From Spirochaetia bacterium (GTDB lineage: Bacteria > Spirochaetota > Spirochaetia > DSM-2461): a stretch of 64,000 nucleotides of DNA. Shown in pieces: positions 10,447 to 21,075 of this stretch (positions within the stretch are counted from its first letter, which is position 1; each line of letters starts with the position of its first letter). The stretch lies in NCBI GenBank assembly GCA_963668315.1, contig OY764216.1, forward strand, positions 4,608,001 to 4,672,000, read 5' to 3'. Both the position numbers and the translations under genes were made by a program. The notes beneath the pieces were generated by a model. The model saw only the letters and a program-made list of their open reading frames with translations, searched no databases and was not told the origin of the DNA.

Positions 10447-12744
10447 TTACTCCCGAGGAGATTCATATCCGTCTTCCCTGATCTCCCTGATCTCCCTGAT
10501 CTCCCTGACCGCTTTGACCATATTCTCAAGAGCCGGCTTCACTTCTTCCCATCTTCTTGTTTTCAAGCCGCAGTCGGGATTGACCCAGAAAAGAGAGCTA
10601 TCGATGACTTCTAGTCTCTGTTCTATTTGCCCCTTGTATTCTTCTATAGAAGGAATCCGAGGCGAATGGATATCGTAAACGCCTGGTCCAATCCCTTTGG
10701 AATATCCGACCTCTTTGAAAATATTCAGTAGCCGGTTTCCGCTTCTGGCAGTCTCGATCGTGATGACATCTGCATCCATCAATTCTATGGTTTCTATGAT
10801 ATCATTGAATTCACTATAGCACATATGGGTATGTATCTGCGTTTCCTTTCTAGCTTTTGAGACAGTTAGTTTGAAACTGTTAACTGCCCATTCCTCATAT
10901 TCGGGGATATTCTTCATTCTTAGGGGATACCCTTCTTTGAATGCCGCTTCGTCGACCTGGATAATCTTGATCGCCCTGTTCTGAAGGTCATCTATCTCAT
11001 CGGCCAGCGCCAGGGCTATCTGCTTTGATATTTCCGAGCGAGAAAGATCGTCCCTGACGAAAGACCAATTGATAATCGTTACGGGGCCGGTCAGCATTCC
11101 CTTCATGATCTTTTTGGTCCTGCTCTGGGCGTATCCAATCCAATTAATCGTCATCGGTTCTTTCCTGCTAATATCTCCATAAATAATCGGAGGCTTAACG
11201 CAACGGCTCCCATAGCTCTGAACCCAACCGTTGCTCGTAAAGTGAAAGCCCTTCAGCTGCTCACCGAAGTACTCAACCATATCATTCCTTTCCGGTTCGC
11301 CATGTACCAGCACGTCCAGTCCGACGACTTCCTGAATATGAATGCACTCATCGATGTATTTTCTCATCTCCTCTTCGTACTCATCGCAGGAAATCCGCCC
11401 CATTTTATAATCCCTTCTCGCCCTGCGAATTTCCGGCGTCTGGGGAAAGCTTCCTATAGTTGTGGTGGGAATGGAAGGAAGATCGAGAAGCTTTTTCTGC
11501 ACGTCAAACCTATCGGCAGCCGTCTCTTTCCTGCTGCCGTTCCCTTCCGCCCTGACCCGTTCCGTGACATAAGGACAAGTAATTAATTCTGATTTCTTTC
11601 TTTCTTCGTGGGACATCATATTCTCCACAACCCCCTTCTCTTCCTCGGAAGAGAAAGGTTCATCCCTAAAAAGTTTATCGACAAGCACTACTTCTTCTAT
11701 TTTTTCAATGGCGAAGGAGAACCACCTGTTCATATCATTTTCTGGTTCGTTTTTTACCGTGTAAGGAATATGAAGTAGAGAGCAGCTAGTGGAAACAATG
11801 ATTTTCTCCCGGTCAATCTTCTCCGCGATTTCGCAAAGTAAAGCCTTCGTTTTCTGAAGATCATTTCTCCAGATATTTCGTCCGTCCACCACACCGGCGA
11901 CAAGATGCTTGTCCGCAAGCCAATCCAGCACGGAAAGGTTATCCCTTCCATTTATAAAATCCAGTCCAACTCCCCAGATTCCTGTTCCGGCTAACTCCTC
12001 TACCGCTTCGCAGGAGTTTTCAAAGTAAGTTGTGACAATGATTTTTATTTTAGTCGATAGTGATGAGAGCCCATTATAAACGGGGTTAAGAAGGTCCAAA
12101 TACTTTCTGCAAGGATCTTTAACAAAAATTGGTTCCTCTATCTGCAGGTAAATCTCTTCATCTAGTTCGGAAAGTACATTTACTAAAGATTTGTAAACCT
12201 CGAAAATTCTGTTAAAAAAGGAAAAAGTATCGCTTCGCTCGGACATTTTGGACAGTGCGGTAAAGGTAATGGGACCTATAATGTTTATTTTGGGATGGAT
12301 TCCAAGACTTTTTGCATGATGATACTCCTTTAATATTTTCTCGGGATTGAGGTGGAATTCCATATCATTTTCAAGTTCCGGAACTATATAGTGATAATTC
12401 GTATTAAACCATTTGGTCATTTCCATGGCCGCAGCCTCTTTCACTCCCCGAGCCATGGCAAAATAACGCTCGGTTACATTGCGAATGGGGATAAAACGCT
12501 TCGGGACGGCATTGAGCATTACCACAGTATCAAGCATATTATCATAAAGACTGAAATCGTTGATGCTGATAAAACCTATCCCTCGTTTTTTCTGTTCGAG
12601 CCAGTGCTTTTCTCTTAGCTCTCCCGCCTTATCCTCTAGCTCTCCGATTGTACTTTTACCGTTCCAATAACTCTCGACGGCCCGCTTGAGCTCTCTGTTT
12701 TCTCCAATACGGGGAAATCCGGTAATTAACGTTTTTTTAGACAT
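10447..12744 (-). CDS. metE: Cobalamin-independent methionine synthase
   Basis: GFPRIG, EMTKWFNTNYHY, HGEPERNDMVEYF, HTHMCYSEF, NPDCGLKTR. Confidence 0.97.
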   Translation of the reverse strand: MSKKTLITGFPRIGENRELKRAVESYWNGKSTIGELEDKAGELREKHWLEQKKRGIGFISINDFSLYDNMLDTVVMLNAVPKRFIPIRNVTERYFAMARGVKEAAAMEMTKWFNTNYHYIVPELENDMEFHLNPEKILKEYHHAKSLGIHPKINIIGPITFTALSKMSERSDTFSFFNRIFEVYKSLVNVLSELDEEIYLQIEEPIFVKDPCRKYLDLLNPVYNGLSSLSTKIKIIVTTYFENSCEAVEELAGTGIWGVGLDFINGRDNLSVLDWLADKHLVAGVVDGRNIWRNDLQKTKALLCEIAEKIDREKIIVSTSCSLLHIPYTVKNEPENDMNRWFSFAIEKIEEVVLVDKLFRDEPFSSEEEKGVVENMMSHEERKKSELITCPYVTERVRAEGNGSRKETAADRFDVQKKLLDLPSIPTTTIGSFPQTPEIRRARRDYKMGRISCDEYEEEMRKYIDECIHIQEVVGLDVLVHGEPERNDMVEYFGEQLKGFHFTSNGWVQSYGSRCVKPPIIYGDISRKEPMTINWIGYAQSRTKKIMKGMLTGPVTIINWSFVRDDLSRSEISKQIALALADEIDDLQNRAIKIIQVDEAAFKEGYPLRMKNIPEYEEWAVNSFKLTVSKARKETQIHTHMCYSEFNDIIETIELMDADVITIETARSGNRLLNIFKEVGYSKGIGPGVYDIHSPRIPSIEEYKGQIEQRLEVIDSSLFWVNPDCGLKTRRWEEVKPALENMVKAVREIREIREIREDGYESPRE
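10475..10508. repeat. 9-bp tandem repeat (TCCCTGATC x~3.8) in metE 3' end
   Basis: Encodes REIREIREIRE. Confidence 0.9.
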
Positions 12745-12787
12745 AATGACGCCTCCTAAGTATAGAAGGAGTATAAAGAGAAATTTA

Positions 12788-12818
12788 CATAACTAAAAAT
12801 GATATATTTTTAGTTATG
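12788..12818. promoter_or_regulatory. 13-bp inverted repeat upstream of metE, candidate regulator site
   Basis: CATAACTAAAAAT-N5-ATTTTTAGTTATG. Confidence 0.5.
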
Positions 12819-13089
12819 CATGAATATTACTTATAGATATAACAATTAAACGTAAGACTATTATGAGGAAGGGCTCAAAGCGAATCCCGATGCTATATTG
12901 CAGTCATAATAGTTCTGTCTGGAAAAATTGTATTTCTTAACCAGTTCTGTACCATAGCGGATGGTTATCCATCATCCTCGGCCGTACATGCAATCCCATC
13001 GAATCGATGCGTTTCATGAAATTATTACTTACATAAGCATATCAATTTAAGCAGCCGCGAATCGGATCTGTATAAGGCTTATAATTATC

Positions 13090-13720
13090 TACTTTTTAAC
13101 GGTTGCTTGAAGAAAGTCCCATTCGACTCATTAGTGAATAATAAAGCCTCCGATATAGACTTACCTATTAAGTGCCTGTCTATAATAGAGATTTCCATGT
13201 TTACGAAGAATTGCATAGAACATTAAGCCACTCCTTCGATCTCGTGGGATGGGATTATAATCACGCTTTTTCACCCGAGATCCTTAATAAAGGGATATTA
13301 AATTGTGTCTCCTGAAAATTCCAATTCAAGGAAGATTTCTTATGAATTATCACAAATAAAAAAAGGACTCAACGTAGTATCAATACTAGACAAAAAGTAG
13401 AATTATAAAAACTCGGCCTGTCAGAACTTCAAGCAGCAGCCTCTTCCCTTCAATCTATCGATAACGGTTAATAAAGATATCAGTCCTTAACCTTAAAGAT
13501 CAAAATTTTTCCATCCCACATAGCCATACCTGACATTTAGAGTTTTTGGAATTATGTAAAGATAAACATACCATCTCAGAACGACTCGAATCGAAACTCA
13601 GAGATCTAATAGATTTTAGATATTTCTTTCATCATACTTATATTTTCATGCATGCTCTATTGCACTCCGTGAGCATATGCTCTCTTTCTTTGAATTATTC
13701 AAAAAGGAAGTAGAAGTTAA
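13090..13720 (+). pseudogene. Degraded MNT-HEPN (MntA/HepT-like) toxin-antitoxin pair
   Basis: Broken frames give ASDIDL...VYEELHRTLSHSFDLVGWD (MNT-like) and LQAAASSLQSIDNG...ISERLESKLRDLIDFRYFFHHTY (HEPN RxxxxH-like); boundaries approximate. Confidence 0.55.
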
Positions 13721-13865
13721 TTCTAGTGGAGATATCAACATTATCTGTTACACCAAGAAAATGACACCAAAAACCATGTATAACCTGCTTATTACTGACA
13801 TCATCTGCTATTTTATTTCCCCTCCCCTCTTCCCTAAATCGAAACATATGCTATAATTAGACAAT

Positions 13866-14270
13866 ACTTGATAGAAATGCAGGACGGCTTCATAACCCGA
13901 AGGCCGATGACTATAGATTTGGTTTTATGAAAACAATCTATATTAAGAAGCACCTATCCCACTACCCTATTTATTCAAAGAAAACGGCAGGAGAAATATT
14001 ATATTTAGCAGCAAGCTTCTGAATATGTTGTTTATTAAGTTCTCTCTTACCCGAAATAATCTCACTGATAACCGATTGGGGAGCAATATCACTCAAATCT
14101 GATTGTTTATGCTGGTGCTCTTCCATTAATCCTTTTAACATATCAATAGAAGATACTTTTGGCGTAGGAATATTCCCTTCATATTCATTAAGCAGATTTT
14201 TTATGTAATGATATAACCCTTTCAAATAGGTTTTCTTTTCTTCAATAATTAACCCATTTAGCTGAAGAAG
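13866..14270. repeat. 405-bp direct repeat, copy 1 (5'-truncated higA plus downstream hairpins)
   Basis: Ungapped match to 21076-21480, 22 mismatches by manual count (~95%). Confidence 0.95.
13971..14270 (-). pseudogene. 5'-truncated HigA-type antitoxin
   Basis: Near-identical to C-terminal two-thirds of 21172-21591. Confidence 0.75.
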
Positions 14271-14322
14271 CCTCAATTCGACAAGACTTTATACACTTTT
14301 CAGTATCCCTATTATCTTACTA

Positions 14323-15011
14323 TTGATTCTAGCTTTTTTACAAATAATCAGCAGGCTTAAAAAATCACTTTTACAACAGAACATCAGCATAGACATGATC
14401 ATTTTGTCAATGTCATTACTGGCAGAGCTTAAGTATCAGGAAACAGGACGCCATATTCTTCGGACCAAACAATACTGTCAGATTCTGTCTGATGCGCTGA
14501 GACATGGCAGGAAGTACAATAATGGTCTCAACTACAGTGATATAGAAAATATCGAGAGATTAGCCCCACTTCATGATATAGGAAAGGTAGAGATTCCTGA
14601 AAAGATTTTCCTTAAGCCTGGAAAACTTAACGAAGAAAAATTTGAAGTAATGAAAACCCATCAATTATGGGAGCTTATGTGCTGCAGTCTGCTATAGAGC
14701 AATTGGGAGAGTCCTCCTTCCTCTCTACCGGGATACAAATGATACTTTATCATCATGAAAAATGGGATGGTTCAGGATATCCGTATGGATTACTTGGAGA
14801 AAACATTCCTCTGGCCGCCAGGATCATGGCGGTTGCGGATGTTTACGACGCCTTAAGAAGTAAGCGCCCCTATAAGAAGCCGATAAGCCATGATGAATCA
14901 ATCCGCATTATCAGGAATGGTTCAGGGAAACACTTTCAGCCGGAACTGGTTGAAGCCTTACTGAGGATAGAAAAGGACTATGAAAGAATATCGATTGAGC
15001 TGGAAGATTGA
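14323..15011 (+). pseudogene. HD-GYP phosphodiesterase, split by a frameshift near 14660 and probably N-truncated
   Basis: ETGRH...LHDIGKV in ORF 14323-14697; HHEKWDGSGYP...ADVYDAL in ORF 14667-15011. Confidence 0.8.
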
Positions 15012-15038
15012 AAATACCGATATTTTTTTATTTTTTAT

Positions 15039-15115
15039 TTGACAGCTAAAAAATCCCATGTTAGGCTTTACTTGTCTGATAAGCAGACATCATCTATGTA
15101 TATGTCTACTTATCA
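15039..15115 (+). promoter_or_regulatory. Sigma70 promoter with operator repeats
   Basis: TTGACA-N17-TAGGCT; TTACTTGTCTGATAAGCAGACATC at 15068-15091; inverted partial copy at 15102-15115. Confidence 0.7.
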
Positions 15116-15188
15116 TTACTCTTCTTCATCATGAAGAAGGGACAGCTTATCTATAAGCTGTATTAAAAACATGTAAAAAGAGTGCCTT

Positions 15189-15755
15189 ATGGAATACGAA
15201 ATAACAAAAGAATTAGCCGACCGTGTAGTAGACATCGTTCATGGTATAACAGGTGGGGATGTGAATATCATGGTAGAAAAAGGCCTGATTATATCATCTG
15301 CCGATCCGGATCGGATAGGAACCACTCACGAGGGTGGTGTAAAAATCATGAATAGAGAACTCAGTGAGATAGCTATTACCTCTCAGATGGCTAGCACAAT
15401 CAAAGGGACAAAAGCTGGATATAACGGCGGAATCTACTATAAAAATCATTTAATCGGATGCATAGGTATCGGCGGCAATCCGGAAATTGTTAAGCCCCTG
15501 CAAAAAATGGCTGCGATCATCGTAGAGGAGACAATCGGCAGGGAAGAACAAAGAAAGGCTGAAGAAGTGTTAAGGAACGAGGCTGTTTCAAAAATTACTA
15601 ATATAGCGGAAGCAATGAATGTTCTGTCTTTGAATGGCTCAATACAGGCGGCAAAAATAGGCAGCAAAGGAAACGCATTCAAGGTAGTAGCCGTAGAAAT
15701 GAGAAATCTGGCTGAATCAATTAACAACGCTATTGATTTTTTTAAAAGGAGCTGA
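15189..15755 (+). CDS. CdaR-type sugar-diacid recognition domain fused to an MCP signalling tip
   Basis: VNIM..GLIISSADPDRIGTTHEGG (Diacid_rec); LNGSIQAAKIGSKGNAFKVVAVEMRNLAE (MCP hairpin). Confidence 0.75.
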   Translation: MEYEITKELADRVVDIVHGITGGDVNIMVEKGLIISSADPDRIGTTHEGGVKIMNRELSEIAITSQMASTIKGTKAGYNGGIYYKNHLIGCIGIGGNPEIVKPLQKMAAIIVEETIGREEQRKAEEVLRNEAVSKITNIAEAMNVLSLNGSIQAAKIGSKGNAFKVVAVEMRNLAESINNAIDFFKRS

Positions 15756-15787
15756 CGGGTGATTTGCCTTTAAAGTCTAATAATGCT

Positions 15788-15840
15788 TTGACAAATGGAA
15801 AGAAAGACAGGTATTGTTACTTATCTGATAAGCAGACATC
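15788..15840 (+). promoter_or_regulatory. Sigma70 promoter with second operator copy
   Basis: TTGACA at 15788; TTACTTATCTGATAAGCAGACATC at 15817-15840 (23/24 identical to 15068-15091). Confidence 0.7.
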
Positions 15841-15862
15841 CTATAAGTAACTGGAGTTACAC

Positions 15863-16558
15863 ATGAGAAGAAAAACAAGACTGTCTGAACAAGTTGTAGA
15901 AGAGATCGATCGAATGATCAGGGAGGAAGGATTCGGCAATGGAGACAAATTCTACTCTGAGAACGAATTGACCAAAATGCTTGATATCAGCAGAGCGTCG
16001 GTCAGAGAGGCTGTGCGGATTCTTGAGATATCAGGCCGGGTTATTGTTCGTCAGGGTAGAGGTATTTTTATACAAAATAAAATTGAGCAGGGGCTAGATA
16101 GTTTTGCCTCGTGGCTTAAGAGTAATAGTTCCCAGTTGGATGAGCACTTTGAATTGAGAATGATTCTGGATCCGAAGGCGGCAGCTTCTGCTGCCCGAAA
16201 CGCTACGGATGAGGATATTCGTGAGATGGAGAAAGCTCTTTCAAGTTTTAATCATCAGGAAGAAACAGATAACCTTGAAGGTGAAATCAAAGATGACCGG
16301 CGATTCCACCTCTCCATGGCTAAATCAACAAAAAACCGTAGTCTTTATGTTTTGATGAAAACCATGGCTGAAAATCTTAATGACGGCTGGATTTCCAGTC
16401 TTAGAATACCAGGCAGAGCACGGAAAACCATTCGGGAACACAGGGATGTTTTTCAAGCCATAAAAGATCGCAATCCGGAAAAAGCGGAAAAAGCAATGCT
16501 GAAGCATTTGGAAAACGCGTTGAAAGAGATTAAAGAATATATGAAGGAAAATAACTAA
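15863..16558 (+). CDS. FadR/GntR-family regulator
   Basis: SENELTKMLDISRASVREAVRIL wHTH; FCD domain DRRFH...EHRDVFQAI. Confidence 0.92.
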   Translation: MRRKTRLSEQVVEEIDRMIREEGFGNGDKFYSENELTKMLDISRASVREAVRILEISGRVIVRQGRGIFIQNKIEQGLDSFASWLKSNSSQLDEHFELRMILDPKAAASAARNATDEDIREMEKALSSFNHQEETDNLEGEIKDDRRFHLSMAKSTKNRSLYVLMKTMAENLNDGWISSLRIPGRARKTIREHRDVFQAIKDRNPEKAEKAMLKHLENALKEIKEYMKENN

Positions 16559-16587
16559 CCGGATTCGGTTCATATTAGGAGAATACT

Positions 16588-17427
16588 TTGTTTATCAGAA
16601 TAACGACTCTCGTGGAAAACAGCAAGGGAGAACATCTCGGTTTAGTCCATGAACACGGGCTTTCATTTTTGATAGAAAAGGACGGAAAATCCTTCCTTTT
16701 TGATACAGGACAGGGAGATGCTATCATTCGGAATGCACAGAAGCTTGCTCTGGATATTTTCAGTGTGGGCGATATTATTCTCAGTCACGGCCACTATGAT
16801 CACAGTGGAGGAATCACCTCCCTTTTAAAAGAAGGGGGTTCCGCGTTTACTCCGAGAATTCATGTCCACAAAGGCTTTTTCATCCCCAAATACGGCATGC
16901 ATAATAATCGAGCAGAATTTCTAGGCAATGATTTCACTCCAGAAGACCTTAGAAATCATGGTTGCCCGATCAGTACATGTCATAGCGGAATTAAAACTAT
17001 TGCAGAGGGTGTCTGGATCGTTGGCGATTTTGGAAAAAACCATCCCGAGGAGGTTATCAGCGAGCGCTTCTGCCTTTTAACTGACAAAGGAATGGAACCG
17101 GATATGTTTACCGATGAAATCATGATGGTTATTGACAGCCCTAAAGGACTAATCCTGTTAGCCGGATGCTCCCATCCGGGAATTATGAATATGATTGATA
17201 CGGTCTGCAGCCATTTTGACAAAAATATCTATGCCATATTGGGAGGGACCCACCTTGTTGAAGCCGGTGAAACACAGCTGAAGAGCGCAACAGGATATCT
17301 TTACGATCTGGACTGTCAGGTAATAGGCGTTTCACACTGCACAGGCAAGGATGTCATGGAGACTCTGAGCAAAACCGATCAAAGATTTTTTCACAACCGC
17401 ACAGGAAGTTCGCTGATCATCAGCTGA
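16588..17427 (+). CDS. MBL-fold metallo-hydrolase
   Basis: EHGLS, FDTG, SHGHYDHSGG, GCSHPG, GGTHL, HCTG. Confidence 0.9.
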   Translation: MFIRITTLVENSKGEHLGLVHEHGLSFLIEKDGKSFLFDTGQGDAIIRNAQKLALDIFSVGDIILSHGHYDHSGGITSLLKEGGSAFTPRIHVHKGFFIPKYGMHNNRAEFLGNDFTPEDLRNHGCPISTCHSGIKTIAEGVWIVGDFGKNHPEEVISERFCLLTDKGMEPDMFTDEIMMVIDSPKGLILLAGCSHPGIMNMIDTVCSHFDKNIYAILGGTHLVEAGETQLKSATGYLYDLDCQVIGVSHCTGKDVMETLSKTDQRFFHNRTGSSLIIS

Positions 17428-17465
17428 CTTTTTGAATAATAACAAAATTCCCAAGGAGGAAGTTT

Positions 17466-18809
17466 ATGACCAGTGGATTATTTCTATTCGGAATAATTAT
17501 CATTGCAATCGTCGGGATGATTCTGCTCATCTCCAAGCTTAAATGGCACCCCTTTTTAGTGCTCATTCTGGCTGCGTACTTTATAGGACTGGCAACAGGT
17601 ATGCCGGTGGACAAGATTATCGATGTCATCAAGTCCGGTTTCGGAGGTATCCTCGGCAGTATCGGAATTGTCATCATCGCCGGAACAATCATTGGAACCA
17701 TTCTGGAAAAAACTGGCGCTGCCCTGACCATGGCTAATTCCATTCTGAATCTTGTAGGCAAAAAGAGAGCCCCGCTGACTATGAGCCTAACAGGTTATGT
17801 AGCCAGTATTCCCGTTTTCTGTGATTCGGGGTTCGTCATCCTATCGCCTATCAACAGAGCTCTGGCTGAAAAATCGGGAGTATCTCTGGCTGTTATGGCC
17901 ACGGCACTCAGTTCCGGTCTTTACGCGACCCATTGCCTTGTTCCCCCCACTCCCGGCCCTATCATCATGGCAGGAACCCTGAACGCTGATCTGGGACTAG
18001 TCATCCTTACCGGTCTTCTTGTCTCCATTCCCGTTATGCTTGCCGGATATTTTTACGCTATAAAAGTGGCTGCCCGCTATCAGATCGATGCCAATCCCGA
18101 AGTCAGCCTGGATGATCTCCTGGCAAAATATGGAAAACTTCCCGGTGTTGTTCCGAGTTTTGCTCCCATTATCCTGCCCATTATCCTGATCGCCTTCAAG
18201 TCTATTGCGGATTTTCCCTCTGCGCCCTTCGGTGACGGATTTATAAAGAACTTTTTTGACTTTATCGGTAACCCCGTAACGGCCCTGATCATGGGGATCG
18301 GACTGGCCACAACCCTTATTCCAAAGAAAGAGAAAAGTGAAACTTTCAATTGGATTTCGGAAGGGATAAAGCATTCTGCTTCTATTCTTGCTATCACCGG
18401 CGCCGGCGGAGCGTTGGGGCAGCTGTTAAGGGAACTTCCCTTGGCAGATGCTCTGAGCAATTCCCTGCTCCAGATGAATCTGGGCCTTCTGATTCCCTTT
18501 ATCATAGCGATGCTGCTTAAATCAGCCATGGGGGCTTCTACTGTTGCCATGATCTTAACCTCAGCTATGGTAGCTCCCCTTATGGCTCAGATGGGCCTGA
18601 CAACCGAAATGGCTAAAGTCCTGACTGTTTTGGCAATAGGAGCCGGTTCGATGACCGTTTCTCATGCTAATGACAGCTATTTCTGGGTGGTTTCACAGTT
18701 CTCCGATATGGATACTCAGACCGCATACAAATGTCAGACGGGCGTAACCCTGGTTCAGGGAGTCGTATCTATCGTCATTATCCAGATCATTGCTTTGATT
18801 GCCCTTTAA
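17466..18809 (+). CDS. GntP-family (gluconate/glycerate) permease
   Basis: IPVFCDSGFVIL, HCLVPPTPGP, SHANDSYFWVV. Confidence 0.92.
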   Translation: MTSGLFLFGIIIIAIVGMILLISKLKWHPFLVLILAAYFIGLATGMPVDKIIDVIKSGFGGILGSIGIVIIAGTIIGTILEKTGAALTMANSILNLVGKKRAPLTMSLTGYVASIPVFCDSGFVILSPINRALAEKSGVSLAVMATALSSGLYATHCLVPPTPGPIIMAGTLNADLGLVILTGLLVSIPVMLAGYFYAIKVAARYQIDANPEVSLDDLLAKYGKLPGVVPSFAPIILPIILIAFKSIADFPSAPFGDGFIKNFFDFIGNPVTALIMGIGLATTLIPKKEKSETFNWISEGIKHSASILAITGAGGALGQLLRELPLADALSNSLLQMNLGLLIPFIIAMLLKSAMGASTVAMILTSAMVAPLMAQMGLTTEMAKVLTVLAIGAGSMTVSHANDSYFWVVSQFSDMDTQTAYKCQTGVTLVQGVVSIVIIQIIALIAL

Positions 18810-18935
18810 GGCTAGTTAAAGCTGATCCGGATAAAACACCAGCGACAGGAGTGCAATCATCAACTGCGAAACGATGTCACCGCGCCCCTGTCTGCTGATT
18901 TATATAAATGATATTACATAAACGGATAAACCGCA

Positions 18936-19580
18936 ATGAACAGAATCAAATTGTTTTTTTTCAATCGTTTTGCACTGAATGCATATATCAGTCAGGACTA
19001 TCCAAAGGCTCTTTTCTGGTATGAGAAGATTCTCAATACGAATACGGAAAGAGTTGGTCTGATGCATAATATCGGTTTGTGTCACTTTGCCATGAATGAC
19101 TATGACAATGCGGAAACTTTTTTGCTGGAAGAACTCAGCCGCTACGGAGACACGGATGGAAGGTTGAGGACTCTGGGCGATCTATATTACCGCTGGAAAA
19201 AAGGAGACCAGGCCCTTGTATTTTACAGGAGGCTCCATGATTATCTCAATCAGGATGAATGCTGGCTGAAGATTCGTATCGCCTTGCTGGAAAATGGAGC
19301 GAAAACACAAAAGGCGCTCTGTGCAGCTGATAGGCTGGATGAAGCTCTTGAGAAAATGAAATGCGGATTAGCGGATGATGCACGAAACCTCCTGGAACTG
19401 GGAGCAGAAGAAGATCCCAGCAGTTTTCAGATTCTGAACAACCTCGGAATCATTGCTCTGCAGGAAGATAACGATGCTGCTAAAGCGGTCTCCTTCTTCG
19501 AACAAGCCGAAAAACTGATGCCGATTCCCATGCACAGAGCCAACTTGAAAAAAGCCCGTAGTATTATGCTGCAGGAATAA
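18936..19580 (+). CDS. TPR-repeat protein
   Basis: HNIGLCHFAMNDYDNAE and NNLGIIAL...AVSFFEQA TPR-like patterns. Confidence 0.7.
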   Translation: MNRIKLFFFNRFALNAYISQDYPKALFWYEKILNTNTERVGLMHNIGLCHFAMNDYDNAETFLLEELSRYGDTDGRLRTLGDLYYRWKKGDQALVFYRRLHDYLNQDECWLKIRIALLENGAKTQKALCAADRLDEALEKMKCGLADDARNLLELGAEEDPSSFQILNNLGIIALQEDNDAAKAVSFFEQAEKLMPIPMHRANLKKARSIMLQE

Positions 19581-19661
19581 TAAGAAAAAACAGATTTTTT
19601 TGATATAGGGACCAATGTATTCACACTGTGGATTTAAGGAATAGAGGAGAAAAGTACATTC

Positions 19662-20801
19662 ATGAAAATTGTCATAGCACCGGATTCTTTTAAGGGAACA
19701 AACACCAGTCTAGCGGTAGCCAGCCATATAGAAGAAGGCATTTTAAGGGTTTACCCTGATGCTCAGTGCATAAAAGTACCTGTTGCGGATGGTGGAGAAG
19801 GTACCGTCGACTCGGTTATCGATGCGCTTGGAGGGAAAAAAGAGACTGTAAAGGTCTGCGGACCGCTAGGAAAAAAAAGAAATGCCACTTATGGTCTTGC
19901 CGGAGAAACTGCGGTTATTGAGATGGCAGAAGCATCTGGGCTCCCCCTTATTCCTGATGACAAGAGAAATCCCATGTTAGCGACAAGCCGTGGAACCGGG
20001 GATTTGATTTTAGACGCCCTGGATAAGGGGTGCCGCAAAATCATTATGGGAATCGGGGGAAGTGCCACAAATGATGGGGGAACCGGACTGGCCCGGGCAC
20101 TGGGATACCGATTTCTGGATGCTGACGGCACTGAACTTTTAGAAGGCGGTGGTTCTTTAGATAACTTAGCTTCTATAGATGTTTCCGCCGTGGATAAACG
20201 ATTAAAAGATGTGGAAATCATGGTGGCCTGTGATGTAACAAACCCTCTTCTGGGTGAAGAAGGGGCATCCTTTGTTTACGGTCCGCAGAAGGGAGCCGAT
20301 CCCTCTATGGTACGGCATCTGGATAAAGCCCTGGAACGCCTGGCTGATATCGCGGAAAATTGCTTGGGAATAGAAGCCCGGAATATCCCGGGAAGCGGTG
20401 CCGCCGGTGGACTTGGATTCGGTTTGATCGCTTTCTGCGGTGCGGATCTGAAATCGGGAATCGATATAGTCCTGGATACGGTAAAATTGGACAGTTATTT
20501 CGGGGATGCCGACTTGGTTATTACCGGAGAAGGGAGAATGGACAGTCAGTCAGTCAATGGAAAAGTTCCCGTCGGAGTCGCAGGAAGAGCAAAAAAACAT
20601 GGGCTCCCTGTGCTAGCAATCGTCGGCGATATGGGACCGGGCGCCATGGATGTGCTGCCATACGGGGTTGATAGTATAATGAGTACGGTGAACAGAGCTA
20701 TGCCTTTGAACGAGGCTTTAGATAAGTCGTCCCCTCTAATGGTGGAAGCAGCCGAAAGAGCAATGAGAATGATTGCTATGGGTATGTCTCTTAATAAATA
20801 A
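19662..20801 (+). CDS. glxK: Glycerate kinase (GlxK/GarK family)
   Basis: IAPDSFKG, ADGGEGT, GGSATNDGG, ITGEGRMD. Confidence 0.92.
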   Translation: MKIVIAPDSFKGTNTSLAVASHIEEGILRVYPDAQCIKVPVADGGEGTVDSVIDALGGKKETVKVCGPLGKKRNATYGLAGETAVIEMAEASGLPLIPDDKRNPMLATSRGTGDLILDALDKGCRKIIMGIGGSATNDGGTGLARALGYRFLDADGTELLEGGGSLDNLASIDVSAVDKRLKDVEIMVACDVTNPLLGEEGASFVYGPQKGADPSMVRHLDKALERLADIAENCLGIEARNIPGSGAAGGLGFGLIAFCGADLKSGIDIVLDTVKLDSYFGDADLVITGEGRMDSQSVNGKVPVGVAGRAKKHGLPVLAIVGDMGPGAMDVLPYGVDSIMSTVNRAMPLNEALDKSSPLMVEAAERAMRMIAMGMSLNK

Positions 20802-20952
20802 TAATCTCTGAAAATCAATTGTATTTATTTTTAGATGCTATGAGAAACAAAACCATGTCGCAACAAAAATCACGCCATGCTTAGCACCCTAACCTAAAAC
20901 AACGGCACAGTATACAGAGTAAGAGATAGACCCTTATGCTCTTTATATAATG

Positions 20953-20981
20953 AGCACTTTCTCCGGAAGGTGCTTTTTTTT
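20953..20981 (+). terminator. Intrinsic terminator
   Basis: AGCACTTTC-TCCG-GAAGGTGCT followed by a T run. Confidence 0.7.
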
Positions 20982-21075
20982 ATATAGTACTATTTCCGGG
21001 ATTCATCCTTTCCAATCAAATTACACCAAGACTCCAGAATCATGATATAATATGCTATCTATAGTAGTAGAATAA

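Noticed and set aside
13746..13772. TTACACCAAG/TGACACCAAA repeats as the far att arm of the island
   Set aside because: Weak similarity to GTGTTACAC and no tRNA 3' duplication adjacent
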